From the NCBI RefSeq assembly GCF_006345805.1, contig NC_043012.1, positions 39,680,001 through 39,744,000 on the forward strand: a stretch of DNA of 64,000 bases, given 5' to 3'. The position numbers were made by a program, and so were the translations under genes. Source of the stretch: Octopus sinensis. Its lineage: Eukaryota. Every line of letters starts with the position of its first letter. The first letter of the stretch is position 1. Of this stretch, positions 1-12,412 are shown piece by piece. The notes under the pieces are model-generated. The model was not told the origin of the DNA and ran no database searches. It was given only the letters and a program-made list of their open reading frames with translations.

Positions 1-159
1 GTTTTCTTTTCTTTTCTTTATCTGTTTTCTATGACCGAATGGATTTTTTTTTGTTTATTATTTCTTTTTTTTTATTTATCATTATTATTATTTCCGTTGT
101 TGCGATATCGTGGTTGTGTTATCGATTTAAAGGTATCTGTTTTTCATCCGTTACTTTCA

Positions 160-461
160 CCACAAAGGTCGGCAAATAGTGGAGGAATGGGCAGACAGGG
201 GGAATTTGAAGTAGGAAGTGGTGGGGAGGATATGGAAGAAGGACATGTGGATCGGACGGAGGGTGAAGCGTGTTGGTGGGAAGGAAGAAATAAGGGAAAG
301 AAAATTCAAAAGTAAAAAAAGGTGGGAGAGAGAGATGAAGAAATACAAATATAATGGAACAGTGACAAAAATAAAATTAACTTCTTAAATAAGTGAGAAT
401 GTGATTGAAACTGAATGGAATTATATATCTAAAAATATAAAAAGAAAGATTTGTGTGTGTG

Positions 462-515
<54 letters not shown>

Positions 516-1479
516 CACACACACATTCATGTATGTACACGTATATATATATATATATATAATATATATATATATATATGTATATATATGTATGTAAGTG
601 TGTGTGTGTGTGTCTGTGTGTGTGATGTGCACACATTTAAAGAAGTTGAACGAAATGAATTTGACTGAAACAGAAAAATTGAGGAAAGAATATTTCAGGA
701 AGGAATAGATGAATGACAGGAAGAAATGGCGAAGAAGGAATGATTGATGAATGAAGGAAGAATGCATGGTGGTGGTGGTGGGTGAAGGAAGAATGCATGG
801 TGAAAAATGGAGGAATAAGCAATATGTTAAAAGGAATAAAGGAAAGAGGTGAGTGAATGAAAGCGGAATAGGATGTAGAAGGGGAGGGAGAAGCATCTAG
901 AGAATATTGAGAGAGAGAGAGAGAGAGTGAGAGAGAGAGATTGATCATTAGGTAAGTCGTATGGGTCTATAGACATATGTGTATAAATGTGTGTGTATGT
1001 GTCCGTGTACACACCCAAACCCTCACATATGTATCTACCGTTTATATTATAGATGTATTGTAAAATTGTGAAGGTAGAAAGGGGAAAGTGTTGACAGAGA
1101 AAGATGGATAGGAATATGTGTGTGTGTATAAGAAAGAAAGTGAGAGAGGGGTGGGGTGGGGGGATCGGAACGTGTTTGACTGACATGATGGAATGGATTT
1201 GAAGTTTAATCGAAAAGAAAAATCGTGAAAAGAAAGAATTGCTTTCTTGAAAGGGAAGAAGTAAGAAAAATAGAGAAGGGATACAGAAGAAAACGTTGTA
1301 CACAAAATGGGAGACAAAGAAAAGAAATATTAGATATAGATGGTGGTACTTTGTTTGAAAAAGATATATTGAACGAAATCAGAACGAATGGAAAGAAGTT
1401 TGAAGAATGAAATGAGAAATAAAAAGAAAAAATGGAGGAAAAGGGAAGGAAAACGTTTATTACTTAACAGTTAACATTT

Positions 1480-1536
<57 letters not shown>

Positions 1537-1620
1537 GTGGAAATGTGGAAATGTAGAAAATACAAGAAATGAATAAGGTAAAAGAAAATAGATAAAAAAG
1601 AAGTAAAAAGTGTTTGTAAA
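160..1620 (+). repeat. Purine-rich (GA/GAA) low-complexity region with (TA)n/(TG)n and (GA)n microsatellites
   Basis: Strong A/G bias on the plus strand; (TA)n at ~465-510, (TG)n at ~598-625, (GA)n at ~909-939 and ~1480-1532. Confidence 0.85.
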
Positions 1621-1740
1621 CCATCTGTAGCCAACTTAATTATTCTCGCAGCAATGGACGGCGTTAGAGTTTCTCCAAATCAATGAAATCCAGACTGCCG
1701 TATTGATACTTTGTGAGAAATAACTGATTTAGAAAGTACA

Positions 1741-2400
1741 GCAGACGATAAGGAGCTATGGTGTAAGAGACGACAGGGAACATAGTATTGCAATAGCAGA
1801 TGAGAAGAAACTATGGGTAACCATAGCAGACGATAAGGAGATATAGCATGGCCAAGCAGACGACAATGAAGTGTGTGCAACAATGTCAGACGAGAAGAAG
1901 CTATGGCTAGCCGTAATAGACACTCAGGAGATATGACGTAGACACAACCACTAACAAGTGAGAATGTTTAATTATAGCAGACGATACAGTAATGTATGTA
2001 GCCATATTAGATGAGTAGGCATGTGTTGCTATTCTATTGTTAGTTTAATGGTAGCATAGAACACGTAATGATAACAAGCTAAGTAAAAGAAAGAAATGAG
2101 GTGTCGGTATTTTATCATTAATTAATAATGGCAGATGATAAGGAATAAAGTTTTGTTGAAGCAGACAACAGGAAACTGCGTAGATTATATAAAAGAACAT
2201 GATATGCTATTTACAATATAGCTGGTTATATAGAAAGATGATAGAACAACTAGCATGAAATGGTGTGGAGATATAACAAAACAAGCAACATAAAACGTTG
2301 TGTCGATATAATGAAGATGCAGTCACGTAGGGGATATTTTTTATTGTAAAATCAGAACAGACGATATGTAACAGCATATAGACTGCTGACCTTACAATAT
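1741..2400 (+). repeat. Degenerate 30-bp minisatellite (approx. ATAGCAGACGANAAGGAGCTATGGNTAGCC)
   Basis: GCAGAY-like anchors at 1796, 1826, 1856, 1886, 1916 and again at 1977, 2007, an exact 30-nt period; decays toward ~2400. Confidence 0.7.
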
Positions 2401-3254
2401 TTGATGATTTTTCTATAAGAGCCTTACGTTTATATTATTGCCAATACCGTAAAGCACAAGAGGTTGGCTTTCCTTTGTGGATCTTCAAAGAGTATTCTTA
2501 TTAAAACACTTCGTGGAGCTAATGAATAAAACTGGAATTCGCGATAAGGATTTGAATACATTTCATTGCAAAATAATAGCAAGCGCCAAGGGAGTTAAAC
2601 AGAAGGATTCTACGATCGTGTGTGAGAGAGAGAGAACGAGTAAATTGCGTCTTTGTTATATTCTTTTATAAAATCAATGAAACTTGAGAAACAAACGGGA
2701 AACTTGTTTCACTTAACACAATAGCCATGAGTGTTTTCTATACATTTCTGTAGAATTTCTATGAGACAAAGATACGTCGTATATAATGCATATTCCTCCT
2801 ATTTTCCTCTAGACAACATATGTAACCTTAAAAACACACTTTAATCTTTAACGGATTCTCTGCGTCGATATTATATAAATATCAATGAAATAGATTTCCG
2901 TATTACACAATGTATAATCATTCGGATTATATAATTCATTATTATTTAAATAATTTAATATTTCTGGATTGGAAGAGCTGCCGGTGCGTCAATATATCTT
3001 GCTGTATTCAAGTAAGTTATTTTACGCTTCCTGTTCAATTACCGCCGATGTCAGTTTTGCATCTATTCTTCCTTTCTCAACCGATGAAATAAGTACAGAG
3101 TACTCAATGATCTTCCTCCACGGTGTGAGGTCTTGTGCTTATACTACAAATCATTATCATGTATGTAATATGGCAGAAATAGTACATCCCTACTCAAAAG
3201 CTTATTTAGTTACACCGCTTTAAGTCGTGGATTCAAATCCCCTGCATATCACAC

Positions 3255-3534
3255 TTCTATTCGTCAAAGAATAAGTACTCTAAGACCTTTTCAAGTGGAG
3301 ATTAAAATAGACACCAAACGCATTAAAGTGGGTTTAAAACAAATCAAAAAGTGAGTAGTTAAATAAAACACAACCGATGTCTATGAACTGATTAAACTTA
3401 AGCTGGCTGGTTTTAGATTTGAAGATATTTAAGTTTACTTTGACCATAAACTTATGAACGAATCCGCCAGGAAGCTATGAACCCAGAAACATCGGTATTC
3501 CATGAAGAGCCAAACAAAGAAGCAAGAAGGAAAC
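3255..3534 (+). repeat. Left arm of ~280-bp inverted repeat (partner 6800-7079)
   Basis: Reverse complement of 6800-7079 aligns end to end, about 12 mismatches counted by eye. Confidence 0.92.
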
Positions 3535-4080
3535 CTTTGACTTCGCCGCCTTCTCCTCTATCACCATCACCACTGTTTTTCACATCGCTTACTATCACCA
3601 TTGTCCCTGACCACTTCAGCTACTACCACCACCATCATCACCGTCGCCTCTGCCTGTATCACAACTACAGCTCACACTATTTCTATCACCCCATTACTAT
3701 CACAACCGTCAATGACTACTATTACTCTCACCTCAACATGAGCAATAGCAAGGGTGTCAATGAGTAGTGAAAGAAGGAGTCGAAGTGTGACACACTGACA
3801 CACAGAAATTAGTTTTCGCATTTATTATATTAGATATAACCAGGAAAGTTTGGTGAGTGATAGAATTTACCAAAGTTGAAGAGTAGTGAACATGTCTGAA
3901 ATACCGAAAGTTTGGTTGTGAGACCATTCCATTTGGGAAACAATTAGAAACGAGGACTATCTTTTAATCACAGAGTTCACATATCAGTTATTAACCAAAA
4001 TAAGTTTTCTAAACGAAGGTGTTAAAAATAATACGAAACCGTCGGTGGACTATTTTCATTTGTCTCTATTCTTTACATAA

Positions 4081-4446
4081 TTACCACCACCTTAGCGAAG
4101 GCGGAGGTATCGTTTTCAGTCATGTTTGTTTCTGTGGACAAGATATCTCAAAAACCTCTGAATGGATTCGGATGAAAATCTCAGAGATGTTTAGTCTCGT
4201 GACTGGCACGAATTGATTAGATTTTAGGATTGATCCGGTACCGGACAAGGCTTCTGGATAAGTTTACCCGTTTTGTTTGTTTTTTTGATAATTTTTGAGA
4301 GCGGTCGGGTTCATTTTTAGTATTCCCGTTTGTGAGAGCAGTCGTGTTTATTTCAGATATTCTCATTTTAAAAATCATCTCCGGCGAATCGTTAAGAGGA
4401 CGTTGGTGCTGTTTTGGCAGAGGTTTGCGCTCTCTGAGTGCTCTTA
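4081..4446 (+). mobile_element. Helentron-associated non-autonomous element (HINE/DINE-1-like)
   Basis: 5' TTACCACCACCTTAGCGAAGGCGGAGGT hairpin/subterminal IR, 3' subterminal IR TTGGCAGAGGT followed by the GCGCTC-TCT-GAGTGC hairpin and T-rich end. Confidence 0.65.
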
Positions 4447-4457
4447 TTATTATTGCT

Positions 4458-4653
4458 AAGGCGGCGAGTTGGCTGAATCGATAGTATGCCGAACAAAATG
4501 CTTGGTGGCATTTCATCCGTCATTACGTTCTGAGTTCAAATTCCGCCGAGGTCGTCTTTGCTTTTCATCCTTCCGGGGTCGAAAAAACAAGCACCAGTTG
4601 ACCACTGGGGTCGATGTCACCCTAAATTGCAGACCTTATGCCAAAATTTGAAA

Positions 4654-4654
<1 letters not shown>
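4458..4654 (+). mobile_element. SINE family B (tRNA-like head, central TTTCATCCTTTCGGGGTCGATAAA domain resembling Deu/Nin-type SINE cores)
   Basis: AAGGCGGCGAG head, B-box-like GAGTTCAAATTCC, shared core with many copies in the window; flanked by (TTA)n. Deu/Nin assignment is from memory. Confidence 0.85.
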
Positions 4655-4712
<58 letters not shown>

Positions 4713-4713
4713 T

Positions 4714-4926
4714 AAGGCTGTGAACTGGCGGAATCGTTAGCACGCCGGGTAAAATGCTTAGCGGCATTCCGTCCGTCTTCAGGTTCTGAGTTCAAATTTC
4801 ACCGAGATCGGCTTTGCCGTTTATCCTTTCAGGGTTGATAAATTAAGAACTAGTGAAACACCGGGGTTGATTGAATCGACTCACCCCCTCCACGAAAATG
4901 GCTACCCTTGTGGCAAAATTTGAAAC
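4714..4926 (+). mobile_element. SINE family B, tandem with the previous copy
   Basis: Same head, B-box and core; (TTA)n on both sides. Confidence 0.85.
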
Positions 4927-4934
4927 TATTATTA

Positions 4935-4965
<31 letters not shown>

Positions 4966-5730
4966 GTTATTATTATTCCTGTCACATACAGGAAATTTAG
5001 TTGGATTAAGAGCAAGGGTTGAGAGCGCTTGTGTTTGCACGTTACAATCAGTTGCGAAAACATGATGAATGCCAAAAGAAAGAAACCCTGAGTTGCGGGT
5101 GATGGTATGTATATGCGCTTATCACTATAACTACCTACCCATCTCTCTCAGTCTGTGTGCGTGTGTGTTTGTGTATTATATATAGGGAGAGTTTATGAAA
5201 TAAACAAAAGACGAAGACAGGTGGTGTACAAAACAAAGAGATGTATTAGTATAACGCTCAGGAATAGAAACAAGTCTTTTACGTATTACAATATGTCACG
5301 GTCAAGACCCGCCCTTCAGAAAATCTTCGGAGGAAAAGTGCTGTGAGCTGACTGTTCTGTTCTTTAGTGTGTGACATATATTGAAATGCAAGAGTACAAA
5401 CCATTGACCTGTATTATTTCTTATAACTTGCATTGGTTTTGCCCTATTATTATTATTATTATTATTATTATTATCATTATATATCCAGTATAGGTAGAAT
5501 CAACATAAAAAGTACTCCAACCTGTGAGAGGTGAAATACCAATTGAATACACGACCGAAAAAGCTCCTAATAGTTACATAGAGTTATGATACTTGAACAA
5601 GCATATTTATAAAATACACCATGTTTCTCATCCGAGCATGGCATGTTTTATAAATATGCTTGTTCAATAATCACATAAGTATGAAACTATTAACAACTCT
5701 GAAATTATATATATATATATGTATGTATAC

Positions 5731-6138
5731 AGGCGCAGGAGTGGCTGTGTGGTAAGTAGCTTGCTAACCAACCACATGGTTCCGGGTTCAGTCCCACTGC
5801 GTGGCATCTTGGGCAAGTGTCTTCTGCTATAGCCCCGGGCCGACCAATGCCTTGTGAGTGGATTTGGTAGACGGAAACTGAAAGAAGCCTGTCGTATATA
5901 TGTATATGTATGTGTATGTGTTTGTGTGTCTGTGTTTGTACCCCTAGCATTGCTTGACAACCGATGTTGGTGTGTTTACGTCCCCGTCACTTAGCGGTTC
6001 GGCAAAAGAAACCGATAGAATAAGTACTGGGCTTACAAAGAATAAGTCCCGGGACCGAGTTGCTCGATTAAAGGCGGTGCTCCAGCATGGCCGCAGTCAA
6101 ATGACTGAAACATGTAAAAGAGTAAAAAGAGTAAAGAG
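5731..6138 (+). mobile_element. SINE family A, full length (tRNA-derived head, internal TA/TG microsatellite, AAAAGAGT-type tail)
   Basis: A-box-like TGGCTGTGTGG, B-box GGTTCAGTCCC; collinear with the copies at 40215-40723 and 56439-56867. Confidence 0.9.
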
Positions 6139-6799
6139 TATACATATATGTACACAAATGGGAAGAATCGGCGCGCGAGTGTATGAAGGAAAGGAGGAGA
6201 GTGCATGAGATGGGAGAGAACAGGGGATTAAGTCAATGTCGGTGCCTGGCCACACATTTTCAAGTACCAGTTTATATAATCTCATAGTAAATTAAAACTA
6301 GCTAGATGTGAATTAAAATAATCTTGTAAAATAATCTTAAAGCAAATTAAACGTTTTTTGACTTTCTAATTAAATAATGCAAAAACCAATTTCGGATGCC
6401 TCTAGCTAACGTGTAATAAATTTGGTTAATTTTGTATGGCAACACTTCTGGAGTTTGAGAATTTTATCTTTAGGAAATACAAAACACAGTTAGTCTGGTT
6501 GTACATTCACTTGCTTTTAATGAAATCATTCTTCCCTAAAGAAGACTTGCCATGGTCTGTTGTAACTGAGTCAATCGAAACGTTGAATGGAAACATTCAC
6601 AAACATTCTTCAGTGTTCATTGTAGAATCGTTGAACTACCCATCAACTGATTCACTATGTTCTTTGTCTATCTTGTTGACTTTGTCACGAATACCTCCAC
6701 GTTGCCAATATGATGTACAGTCACTGCATACGGAATAATATGTTATTTCTTCTTAACACCGTTACACGAATACGAATTTCAAACACAAGCATATTTTAT

Positions 6800-7079
6800 G
6801 TTTCCTTCTTGCTTCTTTGTTTGGCTCTTCGTGGAATACCGATGTTTCTGGGTTCGTAGCTTCCTGACGGATTCGTTCATAAGTTTAAGGTCAAAGTAAA
6901 CTGAAATATCTTCAAATCTAAAACCAGCCAGCTTAAGTTTAATCAGTTCATAGACATCGGTTGTGTTTTATTTAACTACTCACGTTTTGATTTGTTTTAA
7001 AACCACTTTAATGTGTTTGGTGTCTATTTTAATCTCCACTTGAAGAAGTTTTACAGTACTTATTCTTTGACGAATAGAA
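6800..7079 (-). repeat. Right arm of ~280-bp inverted repeat (partner 3255-3534)
   Basis: Reverse complement of the left arm, ~96% identity by eye. Confidence 0.92.
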
Positions 7080-7204
7080 ATGCTTTATTCTCTTGTACAC
7101 TCAGTAAGCGGTCCAAGCTGAAATAATTCACTGACCGCCAAAATTCAATCCACTAGTTGTGTATAAAAAAGAATTTATTTCGCAATAAAATAGTCACTTT
7201 TATA

Positions 7205-7383
7205 TTTTGATTTAGTCATTAGACTGTGACCATGCTGGGGCACTGCCTTGAGGAGTCTTACTCGTATGAATGGAGACCAATACTTATTTGTTAAATCCTG
7301 GTACTTATTCTATAAGCTTTTCTTAGCCGAACCGCTAAGTTGTGGGCTCGTAAATACATTGACACAGACATAAAGACACATGC

Positions 7384-7444
<61 letters not shown>

Positions 7445-7615
7445 TGTGTATACGACGGCTTTCATTCAGTTCCTGTCCGCGATATCTACTGAGAAGGGTT
7501 TAGTCGAGCCGAGACTATAGTAGAAGACACTTGCTCAAGGTGCCACGCAGTGGGACTGAACCTGGAACCATGTGGTTGGGAACCAAGTTTCTTCCTACAC
7601 TGCCACGTCGGCACC
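7205..7615 (-). mobile_element. SINE family A, diverged copy
   Basis: GTGCCACGCAGTGGGACTGAACC (reverse-complement B-box region), internal (TA)n(TG)n, tail GACCATGCTGGGGCAC. Confidence 0.8.
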
Positions 7616-8839
7616 GACTTCAAAATTATTATGAACCTGGCTGAAATCTGGATTCAACGGAAGTTGTGCCGATGGTTTTTGATGGCAAATACCATTCAAC
7701 ACCGATTCCACAAAAATGGTAAAATTGATTTGTTACGAGGAGAAATACACAATAAGAATTGATTTAAGAGAGTGGAAATAGAGAAAAGCAAAAATTGTCG
7801 GACAGAATTCGAGAGAAAAATGACCAAGCAGATGGATTGGTGTGTGTGCCTGAGGAGTTAATGGGTGACGTGAAGAAAGGGAAAAAAAGGAGATGGACAA
7901 GCGACCAGGTGATTAATTACAGTTAATTCAAGTTAATATGTTGGTTAAGATACAAAGAAGAATGCAGATAGGGGCAATTCATCAAACACCAACAAATAGA
8001 TTAATGGAAAGAAGTTAAGGGGTTGCGTTATGTTAGAAAAGCATAGACAATTTACAAACATAGTTACATAGATACGTTGCTATACCGATAGTCACTGCAA
8101 CCGTATACTAATGCAAACACTTCTGTACATTTACTCGCATTCGTCATATAAATGGGAGTAGCCTAATGGATCTTGATAAGTCTGATAATACATGTGTGCC
8201 TCTGTATTTTGTACGGATGTGCACGTGTGCATATGTGTGTATTTATGAATTTGGACGTTCGCAAACATTCTCACATAAACTGAGTAAGTAATTAATCAAT
8301 ATATGATGAATGTAGTTCATTATTACAAATATACAACGGCTAATGCAAGGCTAATGCAATCGTTTCCTATAAATCACTTCTTGTAATCTGTATAAATGTT
8401 TATCTGTCTAAAAATCCCACACTGTCTCATGCAGCTTCGTGTGCTCTCCTCCAAAATTGTTGAGAGATTTCTGCCTTGGTGAAGCCATTGGTAGCCTTGT
8501 TAACCCACAAACGAAGAATATTTTTTTACCTATCCGATAACGAACATTCATTCTCACTGTTCGATATTAAAGCATACATATATATATATATATATTATAT
8601 ATATATATATATAGCCGAAGGAATAAAATAAATCAAAGGACATGGTAAGCATGTCTAACCGCTAGAAATAACAGTCAAAACTCTTATTTAAATCGCGAAA
8701 ATAGACTGATAATAACTACTGAAATCAACCGTCCGAAGGCAAACGGGAACAATCAATGATTCCTTCGTAAAATATTTTTCTAATGAATTATTTGCTCCGT
8801 ACATACATATATATATATATGTATATATATATATGTATA

Positions 8840-8884
<45 letters not shown>

Positions 8885-9305
8885 TTATATATATATAAAT
8901 ATATGTGTGTGTGTGTGTGTATATATGCGCGCACACAAACCTTTCTGTACATACAGTTGATTGTGTGTTGACAAAATATGCACATGTATATTTTGCGGTA
9001 GAGCATATAATGTTTGTTGTAGAAGGAGTAAAGTAATTCAATACATATGTCAATGCATAATACATGCAGACAAAATCACACTGGATGCAAAAGACCTCGC
9101 AGTGTGACTTGAGATAATTCAATTCTTTCTCAATGTTCGCACCTACGAACAACAATAACAACAATTCTCTCGCAACCAAATTCTTAGAAAACTGTTCTTC
9201 ACTTTATACATAATTCTCCCCCACAGAGAAATAAACCTATTTTTTGCAAAGTTTATAATTCTGCATGTGAGTAATGATTCTATCTGCTTACCACTGAAGA
9301 TGATG

Positions 9306-9374
<69 letters not shown>
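9306..9374. repeat. (TTA)n tract at the 3' junction of the R4/Dong element
   Basis: Pure TTA repeat. Confidence 0.95.
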
Positions 9375-9377
<3 letters not shown>

Positions 9378-10657
9378 TAGTTTTATTTTTATAGCGTGCT
9401 TTCACTTCACTACCGAGCGCAGCTCTGTGTGCCTTGGGTATGTGCTGTGATTTGTTGTGATGCTCTGATGGTTATTGTATGGAAAGTGTTCTGCGTAGGA
9501 TGTGTGCAGTGCCTAGTAGTGCAATTTTCTGTATGTTATATGTGTTTGTAAGTCCTGGTGTTTTTGTTATGTATTTGTCTGAATATTTTTTTATCATGCC
9601 TAATGCACCTACTATGATAGGAATTGTTTCTGTTTTCAGGTTCCACATTCTAGTTACCTCTATTTCCAGGTCTTTGTATTTTGAGAGTTTCTCCATTTCT
9701 TTTAGAGACACGTTGTCATCTGCCGGTATTGATACATCAATTAGAAAGCATTTTTTTCTTCATGATCTCTGACAACTATATCTGGTCTGTTGGCCTTAAT
9801 TTCTCTATCTGTGTGTATCGGCATATCCCAGAGTATGGTTGCTTTCTCGTTTTCTGTGACCTTTTCTGGTGTGTGCCTATACCATCTTTTTTCTGTTGTT
9901 ATTCCATAATGTTGGCATAGCTTCCAATGTATGTAGGTTCCAACTCTGTCATGTCTGTGAATATATTCCTTCTTAGCCAGGACTGGGCAGCTAGAGATAA
10001 TATGATTTATTGTTTCTTGTCCATCTCCACATATTCTGCAGTTACTTGTAATATTTCTTTTCATTACATGTTTTTGGTAATTTCTGGTGGGGAGGCTTTG
10101 GTCTTGTGCTGCAATTAAAAATCCCTCTGTTTCTGCTTTGAGTCCTGAGCTTCTCAACCATTGCTGGGATTTTTCTTTGTCTATTTCTTTTGCGTTTAGT
10201 TTAGTGCAGTATTTACCATGAAGGGGTTTTTCTTGCCATCGTTTTATCATGGCTCGTTGCTGTTCTATTTTTAGTTTGGATTTCATTTGTTTTATAGCTT
10301 TTGTTGTTTCTTCATCATCTTCTTCTTCTTTGTGTTTATTAGGTGGTATGATTTCTTGTTTGTATTTGTCAGCTTCCTTAAATACTGAGAACAGTTTTTT
10401 GTTTTGCTCGTGTTTTGCTGCTATCTGGATCAGTTTTCCTTCCTTCTGAAGTAGATATTTTTGCAGTCCTATGGTGGTTATTTTATAGTAGTTTTCCAGC
10501 TGTATAAGGCCTCTACCACCTTCTATACGTTGTATATATAGTCTTTCTATATCAGATTTTGGGTGATGCATCCTAGATCCTGTCAGTATTTTTCTTGTTT
10601 TCCTATCTATTTTGGACAGTTCATTTCGTGTCTAGTTAAGGATATTGTAGCTGTAAC
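9375..10657 (-). mobile_element. 5'-truncated RLE non-LTR retrotransposon, R4/Dong-like
   Basis: Translation gives post-RT HHPKSDIERLY..GGRGL, CCHC knuckle CRICGDGQETINHIISSC, RLE RPDIVVRD..LIDVSIP..K..KY; ~95-nt 3' UTR; (TAA)n on both sides. Confidence 0.88.
9472..10640 (-). pseudogene. Disrupted C-terminal part of the R4/Dong ORF (post-RT region, zinc knuckle, restriction-like endonuclease)
   Basis: ORFs 9741-10571 and 9472-9711 join via a frameshift in the A-run at ~9750; an upstream TAG at ~10632 replaces the expected W of ..NWTRNEL.. Confidence 0.85.
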
Positions 10658-10704
<47 letters not shown>

Positions 10705-10723
10705 GTTATTATTATTATCATTA

Positions 10724-10754
<31 letters not shown>

Positions 10755-10778
10755 ATTATTATTATTATTATTATTATT
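10658..10778. repeat. (TTA)n tract shared by the Dong 5' junction and a SINE-B head
   Basis: Nearly pure TTA repeat. Confidence 0.95.
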
Positions 10779-10980
10779 AAGGCTGCGAGCTGGTAGACTC
10801 GTTAGCACGTCGGAGAAAAATGTTCAGTGGTATTTCGTATCTTGTCCATCTTTATGTTTGAGTTCAAATTCCTTCATCGTTTCGGAGCGGATGAAATAAG
10901 AACTAGTTGAGTACGTGGATCGATGTAAATGACTTAGCCCTCTCTTAAAACTTGCTGGCCTTGTGCTAAACTTTAAGATC
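10779..10980 (+). mobile_element. SINE family B
   Basis: AAGGCTGCGAGCTGG head directly after (TTA)n; GAGTTCAAATTCC; internally deleted core. Confidence 0.8.
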
Positions 10981-11169
10981 ATCATTATCTGAAACATGTC
11001 TCACCAATGTAAACAACTGCCACCACCATTAGTGATGTCGGTAAGATTTGAACTTAGAACATTAACAGCCAGAAAAATACTACATGGCATTTTCTCCGTC
11101 GCTCTAATGATTCGGCCATTCGGAGGAGTAGCATTTGTGAAAAAGTTAAAATCAAATATAAAACTGGAA

Positions 11170-11585
11170 TTACGGATTGCATGAGAAACCCCTACATGTT
11201 CAATCTCTGCCAAAACTAATCAGGGTGGAATTCGACAAAACTTCAATACAGGATGAAGACTACTTAATTTCAAGACAGGTTCGAACCTTCATCAGTAGCA
11301 AACATCAAAGGCTCATAATGAAGCCGAATACGTTAATTACTTCAGAATAAGTGAAGATGCCGGAGATACGGAGATACAATTAACCGCATTGTATCTGGCT
11401 AACTGGTTTTAGATAAGAAAGAATATAACCATAGACGTGGCGGAGTTAGAACTTATATTCACTGGAATTTATGGCAGCATTAGGAGCTGGTATAAGCACA
11501 CATTAGAAACGATATCCGTGAATGAAAAAAAAATACAATAGTCTGGGCTATACAATGCCATAAAGACGAAAATCAAGGCTTATCT
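11170..11585 (+). pseudogene. Highly degenerate second R4/Dong fragment in opposite orientation
   Basis: Manual translation INRIVSG*LVLDKKEYNHRRGGVRTYIHWNLWQH and WYKHTLE...NEK parallels INHIISSCPVLAKKEYIHRHDRVGTYIHWKLCQH...WYRHTPEKVTENEK of the 9375-10657 copy. Confidence 0.7.
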
Positions 11586-11941
11586 ATTGGTTGTTGCAGA
11601 CAAAGAAAAACGGGAAAAAAAGGCGCCTCCTAACCAAGGAATCAGTTGTAACAAACGATAATGAATATTTCAAAGAGAATATGGGGAGTGAAAATAGAAA
11701 AAATATCAATGTTAATCGGTGCATTAGGAAAAAATAAATAAAGACTCTGGTTGTATGAATATGCACAAAATACAGAAAATAACAGTACGAGGTAGCACTG
11801 CATGTATTACGTACAGGATTTGTATTAGACGTAATAGAACCAACAAACCAAATTAATACACTGGACATACCTGATATTCGATATTGCGGTGAAAGCAAAC
11901 AGTAATAATACGGCTAGCAAAATATTATTAATAACAATATT

Positions 11942-12148
11942 TTCTACCATAGGCACAAGGCTTGGAATTTGGGGGTAAGGAGTATGTCGATTATATCAAC
12001 CCCCAGTGTTCCTATGATACTTAATTCATCGATCCCCGAAAAGATGAAAGGCAAAGTCAACCACGGTGGAATTGAACTCAGAACGTAGCGGCAGACGAAA
12101 TGCCGCTAAGCATTTCGCCTGACGTGTTAATTCTGCCAACTGGCCGCC

Positions 12149-12150
<2 letters not shown>
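11942..12150 (-). mobile_element. SINE family B
   Basis: Reverse complement of head, B-box and core; followed by (AAT)n. Confidence 0.85.
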
Positions 12151-12197
<47 letters not shown>

Positions 12198-12198
<1 letters not shown>

Positions 12199-12412
12199 CC
12201 ATCCTACAGAAGGCACAAGGCGTCAAATGTGTAGGCTGGAGGCTAGTCGATTATATAGACCCTAGTGTTTCACTGGTACTTAATTTATCGGCTCCGAAAT
12301 GATGAAAGGCAAAATCAACCTCGGCGGAATTTGAACTCAGAACGTAGTGACGGGTTAAATACCACTAAGCATTATGTCCAGCGCGCTCACGATTCTGCCA
12401 GGTCGTCGCCTT
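12198..12412 (-). mobile_element. SINE family B, tandem with the previous copy
   Basis: As above, separated by (AAT)n at 12151-12197. Confidence 0.85.

Noticed and set aside
4458-4977. Repeat-spacer-repeat pattern resembling a CRISPR array
   Set aside because: The repeats are ~200-bp SINEs and the spacers are microsatellites; no cas genes; eukaryotic context
5731-5806. tRNA gene
   Set aside because: A- and B-boxes are present but there is no convincing acceptor stem, and it continues into a SINE body
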